This document shows positions 25,479-31,567 of a DNA stretch of 31,567 bases, in pieces. The notes beneath the pieces are model-generated. The model saw nothing but the letters and a program-made list of their open reading frames with translations. It made no database searches and was not told the DNA's origin. Origin of the DNA: an uncultured Candidatus Saccharibacteria bacterium (lineage in GTDB: Bacteria > Patescibacteriota > Minisyncoccia > Minisyncoccales > GBS-2); contig CAZGXQ010000030.1 in the NCBI GenBank assembly GCA_964530195.1, forward strand, positions 1 through 31,567. The letters are read 5' to 3'. Every line of letters starts with the position of its first letter. Position 1 is the first letter of the stretch. The translations under genes and the position numbers were made by a program.

Positions 25479-26624
25479 TTAAATTTTACCTTTTTCTATA
25501 TCTTTTCTAAGCTTTTCAACAAAAGTGTTGAAATGAAAAAGATTATGAAAAGTTAAAAGCTTTTTTGCGGTCATTTCTTCCGCTCTAACCAAATGCGCTA
25601 GATAATTTCTTCTATAATTTTGGCAAACAAAACAAGCACATTTTTTATCAATTGGATTTTTATCTCTTAAAAATTCACTCTTTTTTAAATTTAATTTTTG
25701 GTTTTCAGAAAAAGCTATTCCATGACGCGCATAATGAGTGGGAACTGTACAGTCAAAAAGATCAATTCCATACTTTACAATCTCTTTTATATCTTCCAAA
25801 TAGCCAATCCCTAAAAGATGGCGAGGTTTTTTTTCGTTCAAATTTGGTATTACCCAACCTAAAATTTCAAATAATTGCTTTTTACTTTTTCCTAAATCAC
25901 CCCCAATCCCGAACCCATCAAAATCTAAAGAATTTATAAACCTTGCACTCTCTATTCTTAATCTTTTAAAATGAGATCCTTGGACGATTCCAAAAAGAGC
26001 CTGATTTTTACTTCTTTCTTTCAAACAAATTTTTGCCCAATAGTGGGTTCTTTCTAAAGCTTCTTTAGCATAATCAAAAGTAGCCAAAGGGGGCGTACAT
26101 TCGTCAAAGGAAAAAATAATATCTGCGCCCAAATTTTTTTGAATTTCCATTGACTCTTTTGGTCCCAAAAATAATTCTCTTCCATCTAAAGGGGATTTGA
26201 AAAAGACACCATCTTTTGTAATTTTCAAAAACCTTGGACTATCCCCTACCCTTATTTTTTCACTCTTTTCTTCTGGAAAGGTTTTTAAAACTTTTCCTAT
26301 TTTAAAATCAAATCCAAATCCCAAAGAAAAAACTTGATATCCTCCAGAATCTGTCATTAAAGGTTTTTTCCAATTCATAAATTTGTGCAATCCTCCAGCT
26401 TCTTTGATAATTTTTTCTCCAGGTTTCAAATGCAAATGAAAAGTATTGCAAATTAAAATTTGGGTTTTCGTTTCTTCCACCTCTCTGCTTTCTAAAGTTT
26501 TAACTACTGCCTGAGTAGCTACTGGCACTAAACAAGGCGTTATTACTTCTCCGTGTTTTGTTTTAATTAAGCCTATTCTTGCAAGACTTTTCTTTGATTT
26601 TTTTAAAATTTTAAACTCAAACAT
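25479..26624 (-). CDS. tgt: tRNA-guanine transglycosylase
   Basis: NTFHL, LMTDSGGYQVFSL, FDEC, IVQGS, PRHLLGIG, GIDLFDC, Zn site CACFVC...H. Confidence 0.96.
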   Translation of the reverse strand: MFEFKILKKSKKSLARIGLIKTKHGEVITPCLVPVATQAVVKTLESREVEETKTQILICNTFHLHLKPGEKIIKEAGGLHKFMNWKKPLMTDSGGYQVFSLGFGFDFKIGKVLKTFPEEKSEKIRVGDSPRFLKITKDGVFFKSPLDGRELFLGPKESMEIQKNLGADIIFSFDECTPPLATFDYAKEALERTHYWAKICLKERSKNQALFGIVQGSHFKRLRIESARFINSLDFDGFGIGGDLGKSKKQLFEILGWVIPNLNEKKPRHLLGIGYLEDIKEIVKYGIDLFDCTVPTHYARHGIAFSENQKLNLKKSEFLRDKNPIDKKCACFVCQNYRRNYLAHLVRAEEMTAKKLLTFHNLFHFNTFVEKLRKDIEKGKI

Positions 26625-26631
26625 TAATTAA

Positions 26632-26653
26632 AATATACCAGATTTGATATAAT
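26632..26653. promoter_or_regulatory. back-to-back extended -10 promoters for leaderless tgt and GTPase transcripts
   Basis: Minus TGG-TATATT (26640-32), 7 nt before ATG 26624. Plus TGA-TATAAT (26645-53), 7 nt before ATG 26661. Gap is 36 bp. Confidence 0.72.
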
Positions 26654-26660
26654 TTAAAAT

Positions 26661-27584
26661 ATGCCGGCAAATTTGCCCCCTCAATTTTTTGAAATTCAAA
26701 AGAAATTGAATGAAGCTTCTTCGATTGAAGAAAAAATTCAAATTTATGAAGAGTTATTAAGAATTGTACCAAAACACAAAGGAACAGAAAGAATTCAGGA
26801 GGATTTAAAAAGAAAAATAGCTAGATTAAGGAAAGCAGAAAAGAAAAAGCCAAAGCACACCCAATTATTTTCGATTAAAAAAGAAGGAGCGGGACAAATT
26901 GTAATCGTTGGTCCTCCAAATTCTGGAAAGTCAAGTTTACTAAATGTCTTGACCCAAGCTAATGTAAAGGTTGCTCCTTACCCCTTTACTACTCAAGTTC
27001 CTCAACCTGGAATGGTACCTTATGAAAATTTGCTTTTTCAGTTAATAGATATGCCCCCAATAACGAAAGATTTTCTTTTGGGATGGCAAAAAGAATTAAT
27101 GAAGAATGCAGATTTATTGTTAATTTTGCTGGACCTTTCAAGTGAAAATTTTTTTGAAGACTTAAATTTCTTTCAAAATAAAATTTTAGAATTGAATTTA
27201 ACAAACAAAAAAATTATTTGGGTTGGAAACAAAATTGATTTGGAAGAGGGAAAGAAAAATTTTGAAAAAATAAAAGAGAAATTTAAAATTTCACCAATTT
27301 CTGTACTAAAGAAAATCGGTTTGGAAGATTTAAAGAAAGAGATTTTTGAAAAAATGGAGATAGTAAGAGTTTATCCCAAACCTAAAAATAAAGAGCCAAA
27401 TTTTACCCAACCTCTTGTTGTAAAAAAAGGAACTAAATTAATTGATTTGGCAAAAGAAATTCATCAAAATCTTTTTGAGAATTTTAAATTTGCAAAGTTA
27501 TTCAAAAAAGATTCAAAAAAGCCAAAAATTGTGGGAAAAGAATATGTTTTGGAAGACGAAGATATTGTTGAAATTCACACTTAA
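26661..27584 (+). CDS. OBG-superfamily DRG/Rbg1-like GTPase with C-terminal TGS domain
   Basis: MPANLPP, VPKHKGT, G1 GPPNSGKS, G2 YPFTT, G3 DMPP, G4 NKID, TGS VGKEYVLEDEDIVEIH. Confidence 0.87.
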   Translation: MPANLPPQFFEIQKKLNEASSIEEKIQIYEELLRIVPKHKGTERIQEDLKRKIARLRKAEKKKPKHTQLFSIKKEGAGQIVIVGPPNSGKSSLLNVLTQANVKVAPYPFTTQVPQPGMVPYENLLFQLIDMPPITKDFLLGWQKELMKNADLLLILLDLSSENFFEDLNFFQNKILELNLTNKKIIWVGNKIDLEEGKKNFEKIKEKFKISPISVLKKIGLEDLKKEIFEKMEIVRVYPKPKNKEPNFTQPLVVKKGTKLIDLAKEIHQNLFENFKFAKLFKKDSKKPKIVGKEYVLEDEDIVEIHT

Positions 27585-27585
27585 A

Positions 27586-27614
27586 TTGACAAAATGTTTA
27601 AAAATTTATAAAGT
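27586..27614 (+). promoter_or_regulatory. promoter of the 27633 orphan
   Basis: TTGACA (27586-91), 17 nt, TAAAGT (27609-14), starting 1 nt after the GTPase stop. SD AAAGGAGG follows. Confidence 0.6.
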
Positions 27615-27632
27615 AAAAAGAAAGGAGGGGAA

Positions 27633-27947
27633 ATGAGGGAAATAAGAATTTTTAGAGAATGGAATGAGTCTAAGGAGTCTAGAGAGGGAAAACTTGAAAT
27701 TCATGTGACCGATAGATCCGACTCCCCGTCTCTAAGGGTAGTATACTTTGAAGGCTTGGTTTTGTCATTCAAAAAGGGAGAAAATGGTTATTCTTTGGTA
27801 GGCAAGGGTTATGCAGAGAAACAACAATTGGTGGATTCGAAAATAAAAATTGAAAAAAGTGAAGAAAGTTTCATTAAAGAAATTTTGGAAATAGTTGACA
27901 GATACTTTCCCTACAATCCCCCACAACTCCAACTTTCGCTCTTTTGA
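27633..27947 (+). CDS. orphan protein, 104 aa, ending in the beta-clamp-binding consensus QLSLF
   Basis: Strong SD, own promoter and terminator. C-terminus ...YNPPQLQLSLF-stop. Confidence 0.78.
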   Translation: MREIRIFREWNESKESREGKLEIHVTDRSDSPSLRVVYFEGLVLSFKKGENGYSLVGKGYAEKQQLVDSKIKIEKSEESFIKEILEIVDRYFPYNPPQLQLSLF

Positions 27948-27980
27948 AGGCGGTCTTTTTGGGCCGCCTTATTCTTTTTT
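27947..27980 (+). terminator. intrinsic terminator between convergent genes
   Basis: AAGGCGGTCT-TTTT-GGGCCGCCTT stem, then ATTCTTTTTT. Confidence 0.72.
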
Positions 27981-30900
27981 GAGAGAATTTTTTAATTTCA
28001 ATTGGAGAATTTTTGCCTGAAGTATTTTTTGAGCTTTATATTCTTGAAAGCTTCTTTTTCTTTCATCTACCCACTTTTCAAACTGGATTATTTTTGATTT
28101 AAATAACCAAACTACTGTCAAAGCCAAAATCAAGGGCAAGATAAAGGAATCAAAGAGAATGTTGTTTGTTAATCCAGTGGGAATTCCAGTTACAGCTCCA
28201 GCCACTGCCGTTTTAGAGACAATAATTTCAGCTTCATCTGAAAGAGAAGTTTGAGAAGTTGAGACTATCGCTTTATTTTTTAATTTGGTTTGACCAAAAG
28301 GAAAATTTTCTCTTGAAGCTACATCCGCTTTAAAAGTAATAAGTTTTGTTTCATTGGGCGCCAAATTTTCAATATTTAGACCTGTTAAAATGTCTCCTGC
28401 AACTGAAACATTGTTTATTTTCAAGTCTCCCCTATAAATTATTTTTTCTGGCAAAATATCTTTGACTAAAAGATTTGAAATAGAATTTTCCCCAGCTTTA
28501 ACTGAGATTGCAAAAACTAAAACCTCTCCAGGTTCAGCAATAATTGATTTTTCAAATCCAGTTCCTTTTGAAAGATTTCGAACAGTTTTGCTAATTGTAA
28601 AAACTCCGACAACAGAAACATTAACAGTAACAGAATCTGAAGCACTACCTCCTGGTCCATAGCAAGTAAGAGTAAAGACCTTAGTAGAAGTGACATTTGA
28701 AATTGTTTCAGTTCCAGAAATTGATTTTGTACCTGACCAATTTCCAGATGCTGTACAATAATTTGCATTAGTTGAAGTCCAACTCAAAGTGATTGAGGAC
28801 TCAGAAGGTACTGTAATTAAGTCGTCTTTTCCATTCACTTTTAAATCAACAGAGGGTGGTAAATAAGTTGGAGGTTGATAGCAGCTGTAAACATTGATTG
28901 GAACAGAGGTTTCTCTAACCATTCCTCCACCTTCTACTCTTACTTTGGCAAAGAAAGTTCCGGTATTTGAATAAGAACAAAGATTTGAAGCTGTAAATGA
29001 ATTTTGAGAAGTAGTTTGAATTAATTCAAATGAACCATCTGAAGTGCAGTCAAAATAATAAGTTAAATTGCCAGAAAAATCTCTTGAAACATTAGCAGTT
29101 AAAGAAACATAATTTAATGGCACACACCCTGAAGAAGGATTAGCAGAAAGAGAAACTGAGAAAGAAGGAGAAGAAACATAAACTACAACATTATCTGAAA
29201 CAGTTCCTCCAGGACCAGAACAAGTAATGGTATAAGTCTTTTGAGACAAAATTCCAGAAATTGTTTCTGTTCCTGAAGTTGGTTTTGAGCCTGACCAATC
29301 ACCAGAAGCCTGGCAAGAAGTTACATTGTTTGAAGTCCAAGTTAAAGTAACAGAGCCATTATAAGGAATTGTTATTGGACCATCTGATCCATTGGCTTTC
29401 AAGTCAACTACAGGATAAGGTGAAGAAACTAAAATTGTAGCTTGAGCCCAAGTAGGAGGCGCAGCTCCTCTTTCAACATAAACCTTTGCATTATAAGTTC
29501 CTCCACTTGGATAATTGCAAGCGTCAACAACGGTTAATGGATTTGTTGTAGTGGTTAAAAATTCGTATTCAAAAGTTCCATCTGAGGTGCAATCAAATTT
29601 GTAATTTATTGGACCAATAGCTGTTCCAGAAACTGTGGCTTTCAAATCTACTCCAGTTAGTGGTGCAGTTCCTGTAGCAGGAATGGCTTCTAAAGTTACA
29701 AAGAGAGTTTGGGCTTTAACTAAAATTTGCATTGAATCTGAAGCTTGAGCTCCTTTTGAATCTGTAACAGTTAAGACGCAAAGAATTTGAGTATCGCTAT
29801 CTACAGCTGGTGCTGTAAATGTTGGCTGGGCAATGTTTGGATTAGAGAGGGTTCCGCCAGAACAATTCCAAGAAAAAGTAATTGGATCTGAATCAGGATC
29901 AAAACCTGACCCTTCCAAAACTATACTTTGAGTTTCCAAAACTTCTTTGTCAGGACCTGCATTAGCTATTGGTGGTCGGTTGCAATCTCGCCAAGTAACA
30001 GAAATTGAAGGCGGGGTTGTAGAAACTATTTCTTGTGAACCATCTGGCTTTTTGCCATAAACTTTTCCTGAAAAAGTATAGGTTCCAGGAGCATCTTTTT
30101 TAATTTGCCAAGTTTTACTACAAGAGGTTTGAAATCCGCAAGATTGACATTCGTCATTTAAACAAACTTTTTCTACTCCCTGGAGATCTTGAGCTGAAAT
30201 TGTAAAGGTAACATATTGACCAATACAAGGTTCGGTTGAAGAAGCAACAGTTAATGTACCTCTTGCTGGATCGTTTGGCTCACATCTTGAATCTTGAACA
30301 CATCTTGTCTCAGATTCTCTATCACAACCTGAGGGAGTACAAGATCTTGTTCTTTCTTGCCACATTTGATTTTGAGCACATCCTCCTTGACCACAACCTC
30401 TGTCTTGCCATTCTGACCAATTTGTGCATTGACAAGTTATACATCTTGGATCGTTTGAGTAAGTTTTGAATTTGCAAGATCCACAATCACAATAGTAATC
30501 ATAATAAGTTGTTCCTTGGCATCCATCTTTTGAATCGCAATTTTCTATGTTAATCCAATTTGATCTTTGATAACAGGCATTATTTGAGCACCCTCTTTCA
30601 ATTTTTTCTCTCTGAACCCAATTTCCAGAACATCTATAATTATCTGTCCAAGAATCAGTTCCACAATCTTCAACAGTTCTCCATTCTGGATTTGCATAAC
30701 ACTGGGCATTTGAACAACCTCTTTCTATCCATTTTCTTTGAAGATATCTTGAACTTGAGCACTGATATTCATTTGTCCATCCTGAAGTTCCACAATCTTG
30801 AATTGTTGTCCAAGAAGACCATTCTAAACAAGAATCGGAATCGTAATTTCCACAAGTTCTTTGCTGGACATAGTTTCCAGAGCATATTTTTTCTATTTGA

Positions 30901-31567
30901 CCTGAATATAAACATTCATCTTGACAAGAAACAACACATTGTCCATTTTGACAAATTTTTCCCTCTAGAGAACAATCTTTAATATTTTCCCATTGACGAT
31001 ATTGATAACAAGCATTATTTGAGCACCCTCTCTTTATTTTTTCTCTCTGAACCCAATTTCCAGAACATCTGTAATTATCGGTCCAAGTATCAGTTCCACA
31101 ATCTTGAACTTGTCTCCATTCAGCGTGAGTATAGCATTGGGCATTAGAGCAACCTCTCTCTACATACTCTCTTTCCAAATACCTAGAGCTTGAACATCTA
31201 TAATTTGAAGTCCAGCCACTTTCTCCACAATAAGTTTCATTTTGCCAACTTGACCATTCCAAGCAAGGATCAGAATCGTAGTTGCCGCAGGTTCTCTTTT
31301 GAACATAATTTCCAAAGCATCTTCTTTCTGTTTGGCTTAAATATGAGCATTCATTTTGACAAGAAATAACACATTGACCTGATTGGCAAATTTTACCTTG
31401 AGCTGAACAATTTTCCCAATTTCTCCATTCTTCATTTGCAAAACACTGATTATTGGAGCATCCTCTATTGATATATTTTCTCTGAACCCAATTTCCATAA
31501 CATCTATATTCATTTGTCCAAGTATCAGTTCCACAATCTTGAATTGTTGTCCAAGATGACCACTCTA
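27969..31567 (-). CDS. large cell-surface protein (5' end outside window, >1198 aa): Cys-rich repeats, TSP1-like motif, PKD/Ig-like modules, DUF11-like domain, C-terminal TM anchor
   Basis: Manual translation shows the frame is open from 31565 to the track start at 31262. NRPPIANAGPD (PKD); two VDLK.NG...TL.WTS.N...C.ASG.WSG modules; FTISKTVRN...PGE...KDILP (DUF11-like); IPTG, TM helix and basic tail. Confidence 0.9.
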   Translation of the reverse strand, partial: EWSSWTTIQDCGTDTWTNEYRCYGNWVQRKYINRGCSNNQCFANEEWRNWENCSAQGKICQSGQCVISCQNECSYLSQTERRCFGNYVQKRTCGNYDSDPCLEWSSWQNETYCGESGWTSNYRCSSSRYLEREYVERGCSNAQCYTHAEWRQVQDCGTDTWTDNYRCSGNWVQREKIKRGCSNNACYQYRQWENIKDCSLEGKICQNGQCVVSCQDECLYSGQIEKICSGNYVQQRTCGNYDSDSCLEWSSWTTIQDCGTSGWTNEYQCSSSRYLQRKWIERGCSNAQCYANPEWRTVEDCGTDSWTDNYRCSGNWVQREKIERGCSNNACYQRSNWINIENCDSKDGCQGTTYYDYYCDCGSCKFKTYSNDPRCITCQCTNWSEWQDRGCGQGGCAQNQMWQERTRSCTPSGCDRESETRCVQDSRCEPNDPARGTLTVASSTEPCIGQYVTFTISAQDLQGVEKVCLNDECQSCGFQTSCSKTWQIKKDAPGTYTFSGKVYGKKPDGSQEIVSTTPPSISVTWRDCNRPPIANAGPDKEVLETQSIVLEGSGFDPDSDPITFSWNCSGGTLSNPNIAQPTFTAPAVDSDTQILCVLTVTDSKGAQASDSMQILVKAQTLFVTLEAIPATGTAPLTGVDLKATVSGTAIGPINYKFDCTSDGTFEYEFLTTTTNPLTVVDACNYPSGGTYNAKVYVERGAAPPTWAQATILVSSPYPVVDLKANGSDGPITIPYNGSVTLTWTSNNVTSCQASGDWSGSKPTSGTETISGILSQKTYTITCSGPGGTVSDNVVVYVSSPSFSVSLSANPSSGCVPLNYVSLTANVSRDFSGNLTYYFDCTSDGSFELIQTTSQNSFTASNLCSYSNTGTFFAKVRVEGGGMVRETSVPINVYSCYQPPTYLPPSVDLKVNGKDDLITVPSESSITLSWTSTNANYCTASGNWSGTKSISGTETISNVTSTKVFTLTCYGPGGSASDSVTVNVSVVGVFTISKTVRNLSKGTGFEKSIIAEPGEVLVFAISVKAGENSISNLLVKDILPEKIIYRGDLKINNVSVAGDILTGLNIENLAPNETKLITFKADVASRENFPFGQTKLKNKAIVSTSQTSLSDEAEIIVSKTAVAGAVTGIPTGLTNNILFDSFILPLILALTVVWLFKSKIIQFEKWVDERKRSFQEYKAQKILQAKILQLKLKNSLKKE
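28610..29700 (-). repeat. diverged duplication of a two-module Ig/PKD-like unit (about 550 bp); boundaries approximate
   Basis: Y.FDCTSDG.FE occurs twice (offset about 543) and WSG.K..SGTETIS...TC.GPGG twice (offset about 558). Confidence 0.75.
30571..31440 (-). repeat. intragenic tandem repeat of about 435 bp (145 aa), plus a partial third copy to the edge
   Basis: 30571-30673 matches 31006-31108 nearly base for base (offset 435). A 30-nt segment at 30786-30815 is identical to 31527-31556. Confidence 0.9.

Noticed and set aside
3258-30982. The remaining short (60-140 aa) track ORFs nested in or antisense to identified genes
   Set aside because: No motifs or initiation signals, and they are expected as shadow frames in AT-rich, strand-biased DNA.
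31337-31534. 65-aa minus ORF, and TTG 31262 as the start of the surface protein
   Set aside because: The 65-aa ORF is an alternative frame of the repeat gene; the main frame stays open to the window edge.
30571-31567. Near-identical repeats as a diversity-generating retroelement TR/VR pair
   Set aside because: Differences between copies are not adenine-specific (C/T, C/A and synonymous changes occur), all copies are in-frame tandem parts of one gene, and no reverse transcriptase is in the window.
30290-31567. Repeats as a CRISPR array
   Set aside because: Units are 126-435 bp, coding, degenerate and lack unique spacers; no cas genes.
1-31567. Alternative genetic code 25 (TGA = Gly)
   Set aside because: Conserved genes are full length under code 11, and TGA terminates several of them at the expected position (e.g. 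rsmH, ftsI, prmC-adjacent gene).

Overview
A 31.6-kb, very AT-rich, densely coding chromosomal window read in standard code 11 (TGA = stop, Trp = TGG). Gene content suggests a Patescibacteria/CPR (Parcubacteria-like) genome, possibly thermophilic; this is inference, based on K/E-rich proteins, truncated minimal enzymes, a reduced dcw cluster and CPR-style surface Ig repeats. Housekeeping genes: ino1 (cut by the left edge), PadR, a PolX-N/HhH fusion, efp, tRNA-Gln(TTG), dnaX, GtrA-like, cysS, a PimA-like GT4, dnaB with a full LAGLIDADG intein, and recR. One long minus-strand run reads mraZ-rsmH-ftsL-ftsI-degenerate murF-tRNA-Glu(CTC)-amino-acid permease-CaCA exchanger-rmuC-rplU. Further right are a membrane-anchored Clp-like AAA+ ATPase with a partner membrane protein, prmC, a DUF4258-like gene, a DUF429-like gene, half-length rimP, tgt, a DRG-type TGS GTPase, and a >1198-aa Cys-repeat surface protein cut by the right edge. 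No CRISPR array, IS, integrase, reverse transcriptase or rRNA was seen. Five signals stand out. (1) Operon-leading housekeeping genes appear leaderless (-10 box, usually TGn-extended, 6-8 nt before ATG, 7 cases). (2) Four dispersed orphan genes instead sit in self-contained cassettes with a sigma70 promoter, a strong AGGAGG Shine-Dalgarno and a GC-rich terminator. One orphan ends in a perfect beta-clamp-binding motif (QLSLF-stop); another has a structured three-way-junction leader and a winged-helix-like tail. (3) The Clp-like ATPase has N-terminal TM helices but lacks both aromatic pore loops and the ClpP-docking loop. (4) The MurF in the dcw cluster looks catalytically dead. (5) The TGT pocket resembles queuine-salvage enzymes. 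All calls are by eye from sequence and recalled family motifs; no searches were run.
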